64,000 nt of DNA from Escherichia coli (GTDB lineage Bacteria; Pseudomonadota; Gammaproteobacteria; Enterobacterales; Enterobacteriaceae): NCBI RefSeq assembly GCF_016903815.1, contig NZ_CP069973.1, one strand, 5' to 3'. The notes beneath the pieces were generated by a model that saw only the letters and a list, made by a program, of their open reading frames with translations, searched no databases and was not told the DNA's origin. A program made the translations under genes and the position numbers. Within the stretch, counting starts at the first letter, position 1, and the number at the start of each line of letters is the position of its first letter. Shown here piece by piece: positions 27,982 through 42,908 of the stretch.

Positions 27982-28692
27982 GTGCACAGAAAACCCCCAG
28001 CTAGGCTGGGGGTTCCGGAAAGCTTTCAGCTTTAAGCCAGTTATTAAAACCCCTTTTGATTTGTTAAAACACCTTGCGGTCTGGCAACTGCAAGTGTCAA
28101 ACAAGAAATCAAAAGGGGGTCCCAATGGGGAACGAAAAGAGCTTAGCGCACACCCGATGGAACTGTAAATATCACATAGTTTTTGCGCCAAAATACCGAA
28201 GACAGGTGTTCTACAGAGAGAAGCGTAGAGCAATAGGCAGTATTTTGAGAAAGCTGTGTGAGTGGAAAAGTGTACGGATTCTGGAAGCTGAATGCTGTGC
28301 AGATCATATCCATATGCTTGTGGAGATCCCGCCCAAAATGAGCGTATCCGGCTTTATGGGATATCTGAAAGGGAAAAGCAGTCTGATGCTTTACGAGCAG
28401 TTTGGTGATTTGAAATTCAAATACAGGAACAGGGAGTTCTGGTGCAGAGGGTACTACGTCGATACGGTGGGTAAGAACACGGCGAAGATACAGGATTACA
28501 TAAAGCACCAGCTTGAAGAGGATAAAATGGGAGAGCAGTTATCGATTCCCTATCCGGGCAGCCCGTTTACGGGCCGTAAGTAACGAAGTTGGATGCAAAT
28601 GTCAGATCGTGTGCGCCTGTTAGGGCGCGGCTGGTAAGAGAGCCTTATAGGCGCATTTGAAAAACCTCCGGCTATGCCGGAGGATATTTATT
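27980..28692 (+). mobile_element. IS200-type insertion sequence, copy 2
   Basis: Identical to 11082-11794 by eye, same orientation. Confidence 0.9.
28125..28583 (+). CDS. tnpA: IS200/IS605-family Y1 transposase TnpA
   Basis: Same 152-aa protein as copy 1. Confidence 0.9.
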   Translation: MGNEKSLAHTRWNCKYHIVFAPKYRRQVFYREKRRAIGSILRKLCEWKSVRILEAECCADHIHMLVEIPPKMSVSGFMGYLKGKSSLMLYEQFGDLKFKYRNREFWCRGYYVDTVGKNTAKIQDYIKHQLEEDKMGEQLSIPYPGSPFTGRK

Positions 28693-28704
28693 TTTATCCA
28701 GGAT

Positions 28705-29670
28705 TTACAGAGTTTGTGGGCTCACTTGATGACGGCGGACATCCACCGGCATCCCGGAACGGACATCCATCACATGTTGCATCACTTCAGCGTCAGTTTG
28801 TGCTGCATCTTTAAATGATTGCATTGCGCTATTCAGCGTAATTGGCAGCAGCTGCGGATCGTCATCAATCTTCTCTGACAGCGGCTGATGTACTTCAACC
28901 AGACGCGCACCGTTTGGTTCGGCAGAGACTTTTATCGGAGTGTTGATGATATTCACTTTGGTGCCTGGGGTGACCTGGCTAAAGAGTGTTTTGATATCGT
29001 CATCCCGCAGACGAATACAGCCAGAACTTACCCGCATGCCAATGCCGAAATCGGCGTTCGTACCATGAAGCAAATAAACGCCGCCATAGGCCGCCAGACG
29101 AATCGCATGATGGCCCATTGGGTTATCCGGTCCAGCCGGCACTACCGCAGGCAACTCAATTCCCTGTGCTTTATAACGGGCGCGGATGTTTGCCGTTGGC
29201 GTCCAGGTTGGGTTTGCTCGTTTGTCTGAAACGGTGGTCACCATTGTCGGTGTCAGCGTGTCACCACCCAACTGACCAATACCTATTGGATACACGGTTA
29301 CCGAATTTTTACCCGGCGGGTAGTAATAGAGACGCAGCTCCGCAATATTGATCACAATGCCTTCGCGCGGCGCATCTGGAAGTAGGGTTTGCAACGGGAT
29401 CGTTAACACGCTGCCCGCGCGCGGTACGTAAGGATCAACGCCGGGGTTAGCCTGTAACAGAGCGAGAAAGCCGACGTTATATTTTTTGGCGATGGCTTCC
29501 AGAGAACCACCGTCATTTTCCACCACATGAAATTTGTTTTCGCCAACCAGACGACTGCCCGCTGGCGGCAGCGGCCAGGTGTTGGCTTTTGCCGGTAGCG
29601 CCAGCGCCACGGCAGCGGCGAACGTAAAAAACGTTAGCCAGCGAGAAAAACGCGTTTTGATCATCACCAA
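28705..29670 (-). CDS. ldtC: L,D-transpeptidase LdtC (YcfS)
   Basis: 321-aa ORF: signal peptide, LysM-like region, YkuD domain with catalytic Cys (SSGCIRL). Confidence 0.9.
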   Translation of the reverse strand: MVMIKTRFSRWLTFFTFAAAVALALPAKANTWPLPPAGSRLVGENKFHVVENDGGSLEAIAKKYNVGFLALLQANPGVDPYVPRAGSVLTIPLQTLLPDAPREGIVINIAELRLYYYPPGKNSVTVYPIGIGQLGGDTLTPTMVTTVSDKRANPTWTPTANIRARYKAQGIELPAVVPAGPDNPMGHHAIRLAAYGGVYLLHGTNADFGIGMRVSSGCIRLRDDDIKTLFSQVTPGTKVNIINTPIKVSAEPNGARLVEVHQPLSEKIDDDPQLLPITLNSAMQSFKDAAQTDAEVMQHVMDVRSGMPVDVRRHQVSPQTL

Positions 29671-29810
29671 AAATCCATAATAAATATAAGGTTATTGTAA
29701 TAAACAGATAAGCCTGAATTATGGATGGTGACAGTGTCGGATAGTGCAGGGAAGTGCAAAGAATTTGTAAATGTTGCAGATGGGGGCGCAGAAACGCCCC
29801 CGATTTACCA

Positions 29811-32800
29811 TTAAGCGATGGCGTTCTCTTCCAGTTCACGCATAAACTGGCGTACCCATTCGATACGCGTTTTCCGCTCACTCAAATCCTGAATAAACTT
29901 CAGGCGCGTCGGACCATCAAGGCGGTAATGCTGCGGCTGTTTTTGCAGCAAACCAATCAACCAGGCCGGATCAACGTGATTCTTCTCGGCAAATTCGATC
30001 ACGCCGCCTTTCTCATTACCTTCCAGCTTCCTGATCCCCAGTTTCTGCGCTTGCTGGCGCAGACGGGCAATATCCAGCAGGGTACGCGCCGGATCCGGCA
30101 GCAGGCCGAAGCGATCGATAAGCTCAACTTTGATCTCTTCCAGTTCGTTTTCCGTTTTGGCGCTGGCAATACGTTTATAGAACGACAAACGCGTATTCAC
30201 GTCAGGAATGAAATCATCTGGCAATAGCGACGGCATCCGCAGCTCGACTTCTGTTTGCTGGCTGGTGAGATCTTCCAGCGACGGCTCGCGTCCGGCTTTC
30301 AGTGCATCGACGGCGTTTTCCAGCAACTCCATATACAGCGAGAAACCGATGGTTTCCATTGAGCCGCTTTGTTCTTCGCCAAGCAGTTCACCCGCGCCCC
30401 GAATCTCCAGATCGTGCGTTGCCAGCGCAAAACCTGCCCCGAGATCTTCCAGCGAGGCAATCGCTTCAAGACGTTTTTGTGCATCGGTAGTCATCGCTTT
30501 TGGATGCGGCGTCAGCAGCCATGCATATGCCTGATGATGCGAACGTCCGACGCGACCGCGTAACTGGTGCAGCTGCGCCAGACCGAAGTGATCCGCGCGT
30601 TCAATGATAATGGTGTTGGCTGTCGGGATGTCGATCCCGGTTTCGATAATGGTTGTACAAACCAGCACGTTGAAACGTTGATGATGGAAATCATTCATCA
30701 CCCGTTCCAGTTCGCGCTCGCGCATCTGCCCGTGACCGATGGCGATCCGCGCTTCTGGCACCAGTTCTGCCAGCCGTTCGGCGGCTTTCTGGATGTTTTC
30801 CACATCATTGTAGAGATAATAAACCTGTCCTCCGCGCAAAATTTCACGCAGGATCGCCTCCCGGACCACCAGACTGTCATACTCGCGGACAAACGTTTTG
30901 ACCGCCAGACGACGGGCGGGCGGCGTGGCAATAATCGACAGATCGCGCATTCCGCTCATCGCCATATTCAGCGTACGTGGGATCGGCGTAGCGGTAAGCG
31001 TCAGAATATCCACGTTCGCACGCATCGCTTTAATGCGCTCTTTATGACGCACCCCGAAGCGGTGTTCTTCATCGACAATCAGCAGGCCTAAATCTTTAAA
31101 CTTGACGTCACTTTGCAGCAGTTTGTGCGTACCGATCAGAATATCGATTTTCCCTTCCGCCACTTCCGCAAGGATTTGCGTCTGCTCTTTGGCGCTGCGG
31201 AAACGGGAGATCATTTCGATACGTACCGGCCAGTTGGCGAAACGGTCGCGGAAGTTGTCGTAATGCTGCTGCGCGAGAAGGGTGGTAGGCACCAGCACCG
31301 CCACCTGCTTGTGGTTATCTACTGCCAGGAAAGCGGCGCGCATCGCCACTTCTGTTTTACCAAAGCCAACATCGCCGCACACCAGACGATCCATTGCCAG
31401 CGGCTGACACATGTCGCTAAGTACCGCATTAATGGCCTGTGCCTGATCCGGCGTGGTTTCAAACGGGAAGCTGTCGCAGAACAACTGATACTGCTCGCGA
31501 TCGTGTTTAAACGCGAAGCCCTCTTTGGCGGCGCGTTGCGCGTAAATATCCAGTAATTCTGCCGCCACATCACGCACTTTTTCCGCCGCTTTCTGCCGCG
31601 CGCGTGACCACGCATCGCCGCCAAGTTTATGCAGCGGGGCGTTTTCTTCCGCGCCACCTGCGTAACGGCTAATCAGATGCAGTGACGACACCGGAACATA
31701 CAGTTTGGCGTCGTTGGCATAGGTGAGCATCAGGTACTCGCCAGTAATGCCGCCCGCTTCCAGCGTGGTCATTCCTGCATAACGACCGACACCGTGCTCC
31801 AGATGGACCACCGGCTGACCAATATGCAGCTCCGCGAGGTTACGGATCAGTGTATCGGGGTTGATGGCGCGGCGAGAATCCTGACGACGGCGGGCAACGC
31901 GTTCACCGAGCAGATCGCTTTCGCAGATCAGCGCCAGATTACGCACCGTATCGACAAAACCATGTTCGGCAGCGCCAATCATCAGATAACGCCCACGGTC
32001 GCTGGCTTCATCAAGACGCATAATGCGTTGAGGAGCAATTTTAATTCGCGCGAGCAGTTCACCCAGTGCTTCACGGCGACCTTCACTTTCTACCGAGAAC
32101 ACCACCGGACCGTCGAAAGACTCGAGGAACTTACGCAGCGCATCCAGCGGCGCTTTTTGTTGTGCCTGAACGGCCAGGTCTGGCAGTTTCTGGAAACCTA
32201 AATTGGCATTCGCTGCTTTTGTCGGTAAATGTTCAGTTTTTAGCTGCACACGCGGCCAGTTTTTCAGCTCTGAAAAGAGCTCGTCTACCCGCAGCCAGAG
32301 CGATTGTGGTGGCAACAGTGGACGCATCGGATCGACGCCGCGATTTTCAAAACGCGCCAGCGTGTCAGCCTGGAAACGTTCGGCACTGTTTTCCAGATCG
32401 CCAGTATTCACCAACAGCGTATTGGCAGGGAAATAACTGAACAGTGGCGGCAGCGGTTCGCTGAAGAATAGCGGCTGCCAGTACTCGATCCCGGCAGGTA
32501 ATGTGCCTTTACTCACTTGCTGATAAATATGTTCCGGATCGCGCTTCACTTCGAAGGTATCACGCCACTGGCTGCGGAACAGTTCAATTGCCGCTTTATC
32601 GGTCGGAAATTCGTGCGCGGGAAGCAGATTGATCTCTTCTACTTCCTCCAGCGTACGCTGGCTGTCGACGTCAAACACCCGCAGGCTGTCGATTTCATCA
32701 TCAAAGAAATCAAGACGATAAGGCAGCTCACTCCCCATCGGGAAGAGATCCAGCAACGCGCCGCGCGTGGCGTATTCGCCGTGCTCCATCACCTGGTCAA

Positions 32801-33257
32801 CATGGCGATAACCGGCGCTGTCCAGTTGGGTTCGTAATGCATCTCGTGACAGGCGCTGACCTTTTTTCATCACCAGCGCATGGCCGTGGAGAAAACTGTG
32901 CGGGCAAACGCGCTGCATAAGCGTATTCACCGGAACAATCAGTACGCCACGCTGCATCGTCGGTAGCTGGTAAAGGGTGGAAAGGCGCGAGGAGATAATG
33001 TCCTGATGAGGCGAAAAACTGTCGTAGGGAAGAGTTTCCCAGTCCGCCAGATTCATCACCATCTGGTCGGTAAACTGGCTAATTTCATCATGCAAACGCA
33101 GGGCATTTTGCATATCTGGTGCAATGAGTACCACCGGACCGGCGTGACGTTCGGCAATTTCCGCCACCAGCGTCGCGCAGGCAGCGCCAGTTAACTCGCC
33201 CAGCAGACGCTGCTCACCCGCTTTGACGGGCAGCGTATAACGATATTGTTCAGGCAT
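29811..33257 (-). CDS. mfd: Transcription-repair coupling factor
   Basis: Start at internal Met (MPEQYRYTLPV), 1148 aa; Walker A GDVGFGKTEVA and DEAD-like box. Confidence 0.93.
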   Translation of the reverse strand: MPEQYRYTLPVKAGEQRLLGELTGAACATLVAEIAERHAGPVVLIAPDMQNALRLHDEISQFTDQMVMNLADWETLPYDSFSPHQDIISSRLSTLYQLPTMQRGVLIVPVNTLMQRVCPHSFLHGHALVMKKGQRLSRDALRTQLDSAGYRHVDQVMEHGEYATRGALLDLFPMGSELPYRLDFFDDEIDSLRVFDVDSQRTLEEVEEINLLPAHEFPTDKAAIELFRSQWRDTFEVKRDPEHIYQQVSKGTLPAGIEYWQPLFFSEPLPPLFSYFPANTLLVNTGDLENSAERFQADTLARFENRGVDPMRPLLPPQSLWLRVDELFSELKNWPRVQLKTEHLPTKAANANLGFQKLPDLAVQAQQKAPLDALRKFLESFDGPVVFSVESEGRREALGELLARIKIAPQRIMRLDEASDRGRYLMIGAAEHGFVDTVRNLALICESDLLGERVARRRQDSRRAINPDTLIRNLAELHIGQPVVHLEHGVGRYAGMTTLEAGGITGEYLMLTYANDAKLYVPVSSLHLISRYAGGAEENAPLHKLGGDAWSRARQKAAEKVRDVAAELLDIYAQRAAKEGFAFKHDREQYQLFCDSFPFETTPDQAQAINAVLSDMCQPLAMDRLVCGDVGFGKTEVAMRAAFLAVDNHKQVAVLVPTTLLAQQHYDNFRDRFANWPVRIEMISRFRSAKEQTQILAEVAEGKIDILIGTHKLLQSDVKFKDLGLLIVDEEHRFGVRHKERIKAMRANVDILTLTATPIPRTLNMAMSGMRDLSIIATPPARRLAVKTFVREYDSLVVREAILREILRGGQVYYLYNDVENIQKAAERLAELVPEARIAIGHGQMRERELERVMNDFHHQRFNVLVCTTIIETGIDIPTANTIIIERADHFGLAQLHQLRGRVGRSHHQAYAWLLTPHPKAMTTDAQKRLEAIASLEDLGAGFALATHDLEIRGAGELLGEEQSGSMETIGFSLYMELLENAVDALKAGREPSLEDLTSQQTEVELRMPSLLPDDFIPDVNTRLSFYKRIASAKTENELEEIKVELIDRFGLLPDPARTLLDIARLRQQAQKLGIRKLEGNEKGGVIEFAEKNHVDPAWLIGLLQKQPQHYRLDGPTRLKFIQDLSERKTRIEWVRQFMRELEENAIA

Positions 33258-33384
33258 AACGGTTGTCAGATTCTCGTTAGGATATGCCTCAACATATGGG
33301 GGCATATCTCTGATAAGCAATGCTGTTCATTATCCGTAATCGACATGGTTTAGCAAATTGAATCGCCCCGGCTGGGGCGATGGC

Positions 33385-34458
33385 TTAGCGGGAGTAACTG
33401 ACGGCAGCGGGCAGTGAAGGCGGGGAGAACAACAGATCGCTGAATGCGCGCTGTGAAAGTTTTCTTACCAGCAAGCCCGCAACAGTACAGATGAACAAAC
33501 TGACAAAGGGGTAAACCATCAGGAGTGTCAGTTCGACTTGCGGCGACCAGCGTGCCGCGTTCATTGGCGCAAGCAGAGTTAAGCTGAATATCTCTACCAG
33601 AATGCGATGGGTGGTGTAGATAGCAATGGTGTTGGTGCCAATCACATTCAGCAGGCTGGTGGAGCGCATACCGAAACGTTGCTCGTATTGATAAAACAGC
33701 TTCATGATCACCACAATCGATACCAGCGACAACAGCAGCGAGATAGTAAACAACCAGGCACCGACCGCCAGAACGGTCAGCAAAGAAGCCATCAGCAGAT
33801 GGCGGCGCAACGGCACCTCTTTAACGTAGGTCATTAATGTTGCGCCAAACCATGCGCCAAGGCTGTAATAAGGCAAATTGCGGATCACACTGTTCATGCC
33901 CCACCACGGCGTGGGAACGAAATTAACCGCCACACTCATCAGTACAAACAAGGCGAATAGTGGCAGCGCCAGACGGCTAAAAATTTTACATACCACGAAA
34001 TAAACAATTAACGCATACAGATACCACAAACTGGTGCTGGCGGTGATCATCCCGTGCAGGAACTCACCGGTGGAATCGGCATACGCGGCATTGGAGGCAT
34101 TGCTTAAATCGCGCTCAGGTGCCAGCCACTGGTTCAGCGCACTTAACGCCAGCCACTGCACCACGCCCCAAAGCGCCAGCACCCAGAAGATGTTCCAGAT
34201 CCGTTTATCGAGACAATTTCCCCACGGTACGCTGTCGATATAGCGGCGAATCAAATAGCCGGATATAAAGAAAAAAACCGGCATACGAAAGGGTGCAAGG
34301 TAAAGATTGTAATAGATCCAGCATTTGCTCAGGACTTCCGATAACGGATGCTGAAAAGTGCTCAGATGCGGATAAAAGGTAATCACCGAGTGATAAATCA
34401 CTACCAGACAAATACATAATCCTTTGATCTGGTTAATCCATAGCTCTTTTTGTTTCAT
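33385..34458 (-). CDS. ycfT: Inner-membrane acyltransferase-family protein YcfT
   Basis: 357-aa polytopic membrane ORF. Confidence 0.85.
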   Translation of the reverse strand: MKQKELWINQIKGLCICLVVIYHSVITFYPHLSTFQHPLSEVLSKCWIYYNLYLAPFRMPVFFFISGYLIRRYIDSVPWGNCLDKRIWNIFWVLALWGVVQWLALSALNQWLAPERDLSNASNAAYADSTGEFLHGMITASTSLWYLYALIVYFVVCKIFSRLALPLFALFVLMSVAVNFVPTPWWGMNSVIRNLPYYSLGAWFGATLMTYVKEVPLRRHLLMASLLTVLAVGAWLFTISLLLSLVSIVVIMKLFYQYEQRFGMRSTSLLNVIGTNTIAIYTTHRILVEIFSLTLLAPMNAARWSPQVELTLLMVYPFVSLFICTVAGLLVRKLSQRAFSDLLFSPPSLPAAVSYSR

Positions 34459-34607
34459 CAGGACAACACGCTCTTTTTATTTAACATGCTGTTGATCCTG
34501 AGGGGCCAGTCGCGTGGTGTAATGCGTATCTGTCTGTATTTGGTTATTTTTCAGATAAAGATCAGGCCACAAGGCCAATGAGAAAATGAGGCCCTTTAGT
34601 CGATTGA

Positions 34608-37856
<3,249 letters not shown>

Positions 37857-37884
37857 AGGCAGTACATTAAAACAAGGAGCGGCA

Positions 37885-38796
37885 ATGTATTACGGGTTTG
37901 ATATTGGTGGAACAAAAATTGCGCTTGGCGTGTTTGATAGCGGTCGGCAGTTGCAGTGGGAAAAGCGGGTGCCGACACCGCGTGACAGCTATGACGCATT
38001 TTTAGATGCAGTGTGCGAGCTGGTGGCTGAAGCCGATAAGCGTTTTGGCTGTAAAGGTTCTGTCGGCATCGGTATTCCGGGAATGCCGGAAACAGAAGAT
38101 GGTACGCTGTATGCCGCCAATGTCCCCGCTGCCAGCGGTAAACCGCTGCGTGCCGACCTGAGCGCACGTCTTGATCGCGATGTCCGCCTTGATAACGATG
38201 CCAACTGTTTTGCCCTTTCAGAAGCCTGGGATGATGAATTTACTCAATATCCACTGGTGATGGGGTTGATTCTCGGCACCGGCGTTGGCGGCGGGCTGAT
38301 TTTCAACGGTAAACCAATTACCGGTAAAAGCTATATTACCGGCGAGTTTGGCCATATGCGTCTGCCGGTTGATGCGTTAACCATGATGGGGCTGGATTTC
38401 CCGTTACGCCGCTGCGGCTGTGGTCAGCATGGCTGCATTGAAAATTATCTGTCTGGTCGCGGTTTTGCGTGGCTGTATCAACACTATTATCATCAACCGT
38501 TGCAGGCTCCCGAAATTATTGCGCTTTATGATCAAGGCGATGAGCAGGCAAGGGCGCACGTTGAGCGTTATCTGGATTTATTAGCGGTTTGTCTGGGAAA
38601 TATCCTGACCATTGTTGACCCTGACCTGGTCGTCATTGGTGGTGGCTTATCGAATTTCCCGGCAATCACAACGCAACTGGCGGACAGGCTGCCTCGTCAT
38701 CTCTTACCTGTAGCTCGTGTTCCGCGCATTGAACGCGCGCGCCACGGTGATGCGGGAGGAATGCGTGGTGCGGCCTTCCTACATCTAACCGATTAA
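37885..38796 (+). CDS. nagK: N-acetyl-D-glucosamine kinase
   Basis: Start at [11 protein letters not shown]; ROK family; 303 aa. Confidence 0.9.
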   Translation: MYYGFDIGGTKIALGVFDSGRQLQWEKRVPTPRDSYDAFLDAVCELVAEADKRFGCKGSVGIGIPGMPETEDGTLYAANVPAASGKPLRADLSARLDRDVRLDNDANCFALSEAWDDEFTQYPLVMGLILGTGVGGGLIFNGKPITGKSYITGEFGHMRLPVDALTMMGLDFPLRRCGCGQHGCIENYLSGRGFAWLYQHYYHQPLQAPEIIALYDQGDEQARAHVERYLDLLAVCLGNILTIVDPDLVVIGGGLSNFPAITTQLADRLPRHLLPVARVPRIERARHGDAGGMRGAAFLHLTD

Positions 38797-38811
38797 ACAA
38801 CAGAGGTTGCT

Positions 38812-39633
38812 ATGCTGTCGCGTCGGGGTCATCGGTTAAGTCGTTTTCGTAAAAATAAACGCCGTCTGCGCGAGCGTTTGCGTCAGCGTATTTTTTTCAG
38901 AGATAAAGTGGTGCCGGAAGCAATGGAAAAACCAAGAGTACTCGTACTGACAGGGGCAGGTATTTCTGCGGAATCAGGTATTCGTACCTTTCGCGCCGCA
39001 GATGGCCTGTGGGAAGAACATCGGGTTGAAGATGTGGCAACGCCGGAAGGTTTCGATCGCGATCCTGAACTGGTGCAAGCGTTTTATAACGCCCGTCGCC
39101 GACAGCTGCAGCAGCCAGAAATTCAGCCTAACGCCGCGCATCTTGCGCTGGCTAAACTGCAAGACGCCCTCGGCGATCGCTTTTTGTTGGTGACGCAGAA
39201 TATCGACAACCTTCATGAGCGTGCCGGTAACACCAATGTTATTCATATGCATGGGGAACTGCTGAAAGTTCGTTGTTCACAAAGTGGTCAGGTTCTCGAC
39301 TGGACCGGAGACGTTACCCCAGAAGATAAATGCCATTGCTGCCAGTTCCCGGCACCCTTGCGACCGCACGTAGTGTGGTTTGGCGAAATGCCACTCGGCA
39401 TGGATGAAATTTATATGGCGTTGTCGATGGCCGATATTTTCATTGCCATTGGTACATCCGGGCATGTTTATCCGGCGGCTGGGTTTGTTCACGAAGCGAA
39501 ACTGCATGGCGCACACACCGTGGAACTGAATCTTGAACCAAGCCAGGTCGGTAATGAATTTGCCGAGAAATATTACGGCCCGGCAAGCCAGGTGGTGCCA
39601 GAGTTTGTTGAAAAGTTGCTGAAGGGCTTATAA
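38812..39633 (+). CDS. cobB: NAD-dependent protein deacylase (sirtuin)
   Basis: 273-aa Sir2-family ORF ([10 protein letters not shown], Zn Cys pairs). Confidence 0.9.
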   Translation: MLSRRGHRLSRFRKNKRRLRERLRQRIFFRDKVVPEAMEKPRVLVLTGAGISAESGIRTFRAADGLWEEHRVEDVATPEGFDRDPELVQAFYNARRRQLQQPEIQPNAAHLALAKLQDALGDRFLLVTQNIDNLHERAGNTNVIHMHGELLKVRCSQSGQVLDWTGDVTPEDKCHCCQFPAPLRPHVVWFGEMPLGMDEIYMALSMADIFIAIGTSGHVYPAAGFVHEAKLHGAHTVELNLEPSQVGNEFAEKYYGPASQVVPEFVEKLLKGL

Positions 39634-39649
39634 AGCGGGAAGAATTGCC

Positions 39650-39750
39650 TGATGTGCTACGCTTATCAGGCCTACAAGGGGACGCAATTAATTGAATTTG
39701 CGGGTTTGTGGGCCGGATAAGGCGTTTACGCCGCCTCCGGCATAATAGAC
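39650..39750. repeat. REP elements
   Basis: gcctgatgtgctacgcttatcaggcctac and ggccggataaggcgtttacgccgcctccggc. Confidence 0.6.
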
Positions 39751-39769
39751 GCACACTTTACTGCCTCTT

Positions 39770-40555
39770 TTACCGTTTACTCGTCAATAACAACGCGGCA
39801 ATAAACGTACAGACACCAATTAGTCCTGCCCAGAGCGGCGATATTCTGGTAATCGCAAAGCTATTATCGATGTACAAACATAAAGCCTGATAACCCATAT
39901 TGGCAATAGTCATCGCCACTGCAAACTTTAATGCATAATTAAGGCGCGTCGTGTAGTAAAAAAATGCAGTAAAGACGATGAATGCAACTGCCCAGGCAAA
40001 AAGACCTAATATCGTGGTACTGCCGGGAGGATCATTCTCCTGCTGTTGTCCGGGATGCGGATAATATGTCAGTGGCGGCGTCGGTTGTTTTAATATCTGT
40101 GCTTGTAAAACAGCCAATGCATTATTGATTCCCTGATACCAGAGGTCCGCATGTAAATAAGCCTGAGTGTGATTTTCTACCAGAAGGCCGAGATGTTTAT
40201 CGTCCAGACCGCTTTCAACCTGGCCGTTGGTTATCATAATTAACCGTGGCTCGCGGGTGGTAAAAAGTAACAGGACGCTGCCTTTTACATCACTCAATGA
40301 AGATGACGCATGCGCCAGCATCGCTTTGCCATTTTGCCTGAAGCTTGCTTCATTAACGCCAGGTACAACCACGATAAACGGCGCAATCCCGGTTTGTTGG
40401 CGAAAAAGCTCGGCTTTATGCGCGATCTCTTCAGCATCCGGTACAGTACCTGTAACATCTGTAAAAAGAGTCTTCATTATTGGAATCAATGGATTACTGG
40501 TTGCCGTCAGAGGCAGGAGTATCAGTAAACTGAGCAATAATATGATTTTTTTCAT
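39770..40555 (-). CDS. ycfZ: Inner-membrane protein YcfZ
   Basis: 261-aa ORF with signal/TM segments. Confidence 0.8.
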   Translation of the reverse strand: MKKIILLLSLLILLPLTATSNPLIPIMKTLFTDVTGTVPDAEEIAHKAELFRQQTGIAPFIVVVPGVNEASFRQNGKAMLAHASSSLSDVKGSVLLLFTTREPRLIMITNGQVESGLDDKHLGLLVENHTQAYLHADLWYQGINNALAVLQAQILKQPTPPLTYYPHPGQQQENDPPGSTTILGLFAWAVAFIVFTAFFYYTTRLNYALKFAVAMTIANMGYQALCLYIDNSFAITRISPLWAGLIGVCTFIAALLLTSKR

Positions 40556-41013
40556 GGGCGGGACTTCCGTTTCCTGCGTGTCTTTTTAGAGGAGGGCATA
40601 CTGATTAATAAACCGACGGAGATAAAAATAACGCCCATAATGCCGATAAACCCCCATTTAAAAAAATTAACCCACGGGTTATTTATCTCAGCCTTTTCAG
40701 GATGTCCTGGAGAATAATAAACATTAACTTTATCGCCTTCGCTGTCTTCATAAAAATCGCTGCCGATACTCGAATTGAAAATTAGCGTGTAATCAGGCGT
40801 CGGTCGAAAGGCAACGACGGGATACCACGAACCATTTTTACCCGTGCGATGAGAATGACTGGAGTGCCAGACGGTATCAACAATGACGCCTTCAGTATGA
40901 ATCGCGTCTTTGCTATAGGTGAACTGGTTATAAAAGACAACAACAGAAATGAGGATCAGTACCAGACCGATACCGAGGAATATACGAAAGAAAACTCTAC
41001 TGTCCTGACTCAT
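40552..41013 (-). CDS. ymfA: Inner-membrane protein YmfA
   Basis: Start at internal Met (MSQDSRVFF); 153 aa. Confidence 0.8.
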   Translation of the reverse strand: MSQDSRVFFRIFLGIGLVLILISVVVFYNQFTYSKDAIHTEGVIVDTVWHSSHSHRTGKNGSWYPVVAFRPTPDYTLIFNSSIGSDFYEDSEGDKVNVYYSPGHPEKAEINNPWVNFFKWGFIGIMGVIFISVGLLISMPSSKKTRRKRKSRP

Positions 41014-41070
41014 TAGCCACATCCTTGCTAAATAAAAAACGGGCGGTAATACCACCGCCCGCTTGCTGAA

Positions 41071-42117
41071 TTAACGTCCTGCTTTCAGCTTCTGATAATA
41101 CTCTTCATAAATGCTGCTGGCTGCGCCAACGTCATTCTGCCATTCACCATTTTTAATGGTTTCAGCATCCGGGTAGAGCGTTTTATCGTTCGCCACTTCC
41201 GGACTTAACAGCTTACGCGCCGCAAGGTTTGGCGTTGGATAACCGATAGTTTCTGCAACCTGTTTTGCCACATCCGGGCGCAGCAGGAAGTTGATCAATT
41301 TCAGCGCGCCTTCTTTGTTTTTGGCATTTGCCGGGATCGCCAGGCTGTCCATCCAGAAAATGCCGCCTTCTTTCGGCCACACCACATCAATTGGCGTACC
41401 CGCCTGGCGTGCAACGAAAGCAGAACCGTTCCAGATCATGCCGAGGTTAACTTCGCCTTCCATATACGGGTTAGCGGGGTTATCGGAGTTAAACGCCGCG
41501 ACGTTTGGCATCAGTTTTTTCAGCTCGTTGTATGCAGCTTCAATCTCTTTCGGATCGGTGGTGTTACCGGAGTAGCCCAGCTTACGCAGCGCCATCTGGA
41601 ACACTTCACGGGCATCGTCGGTCAGCAGCAGGCTGCCTTTGTACTCAGGTTTCCACAGATCGGCCCAGCTGGTAACGGATTTCGGATCCACCGCATCACC
41701 GTTAACGCCAATCGCCGTTGCACCCCAGATATACGGAATGGAATAGTCGTTATTCGGGTCAAACGGCTTGTTGAGCATGTCTGGATCGAGGTTGCTGAAA
41801 TTGCTTAACTTCGACTTGTCGATCTTCTGGATCATCCCTTCTTTACGCATTTTATCGACGTAATAGGTTGAAGGAACCACCAGGTCATAGGCACCGTCTT
41901 TGTACGTTTTCAGCTTCGCGTACATGGTTTCGTTCGACTCGTAAGTCGAATAGATAACCTTAATACCGGTTTCTTTGGTGAACTGTTCAAGCAGTCCTGG
42001 CGGCACGTACTCGGTCCAGTTGTAGAAATACAGCGTGTTGTTGTCATCGGCGTGAGCGGCGCTCATGCCCAGTGCCAGAGCACCCGCCGCGAGCAGGTGG
42101 CGTGACCATTTTTTCAT
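41071..42117 (-). CDS. potD: Spermidine/putrescine ABC transporter periplasmic binding protein
   Basis: 348-aa ORF with signal peptide. Confidence 0.93.
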   Translation of the reverse strand: MKKWSRHLLAAGALALGMSAAHADDNNTLYFYNWTEYVPPGLLEQFTKETGIKVIYSTYESNETMYAKLKTYKDGAYDLVVPSTYYVDKMRKEGMIQKIDKSKLSNFSNLDPDMLNKPFDPNNDYSIPYIWGATAIGVNGDAVDPKSVTSWADLWKPEYKGSLLLTDDAREVFQMALRKLGYSGNTTDPKEIEAAYNELKKLMPNVAAFNSDNPANPYMEGEVNLGMIWNGSAFVARQAGTPIDVVWPKEGGIFWMDSLAIPANAKNKEGALKLINFLLRPDVAKQVAETIGYPTPNLAARKLLSPEVANDKTLYPDAETIKNGEWQNDVGAASSIYEEYYQKLKAGR

Positions 42118-42908
42118 TTAACGTCCCCTGTGTTACCTTTCGTTTTATCACGAGCAATAAGCTGGCTGGCAATTACCATCACCAGCGACAGCACCAGTAA
42201 TATGGTTGCCAGCGCGTTAACTTCCGGCGATACGCCGACTTTGACCATCGAATAAATTTTTAACGGCAGAATTTCATAGCTTGGTCCGGTGACGAACGAA
42301 GAAACTACTACATCGTCCATCGACAGGGTAAAGCTTAACACCCAGCCCGCCGCTACCGCTGGCATTGCCAGTGGCAGAATGATTTTTCGCAGAATGGTAA
42401 ATTCGCTGGCACCGAGATCTTTCGCCGCTTCCAGCATTCGCACGTCAAAACCTTTCAGGCGCGAATACACCGTCACCACCACAAACGGCAGGCAGAAGGT
42501 GATATGCGAGAACAGCAGCGACCAGAAGCCAAGCTGAATACCCAGCAGCATAAACAGCACCAGCAGAGAAATCGCCATCACAATATCTGGCGACATCATC
42601 ACCACAAACAGCATTCCGCTAACGAACGGCTTACCGCGAAAGCGATAACGGTACAGCGCAACTGCAGTCAGTGAACCGATAAGCGTAGCAAACGTCGCTG
42701 AAAACACCGCCATCGTCAATGAATGCTGAGCTGCCTGCAACAGACTGTCGTTGTTCATCAGCAGGCTATACCATTTAGTGGTAAAACCCTGCCAGTTGAT
42801 GCCAAAGCGCGAGCTGTTGAACGAGTTCACAATCAAAATAATGATTGGAATATACAGGTACGCGTAGATAGCGGTCATAAAACCGCCGCGAAGCAGTCGA
42901 CCGATCAT
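42114..42908 (-). CDS. potC: Spermidine/putrescine ABC transporter permease
   Basis: 264-aa ORF; the upstream partner potB is not where expected. Confidence 0.93.
   Translation of the reverse strand: MIGRLLRGGFMTAIYAYLYIPIIILIVNSFNSSRFGINWQGFTTKWYSLLMNNDSLLQAAQHSLTMAVFSATFATLIGSLTAVALYRYRFRGKPFVSGMLFVVMMSPDIVMAISLLVLFMLLGIQLGFWSLLFSHITFCLPFVVVTVYSRLKGFDVRMLEAAKDLGASEFTILRKIILPLAMPAVAAGWVLSFTLSMDDVVVSSFVTGPSYEILPLKIYSMVKVGVSPEVNALATILLVLSLVMVIASQLIARDKTKGNTGDVK

Noticed and set aside
30208-32837. Several 100-175 aa plus-strand ORFs
   Set aside because: All lie inside mfd on the opposite strand; no RBS or start context
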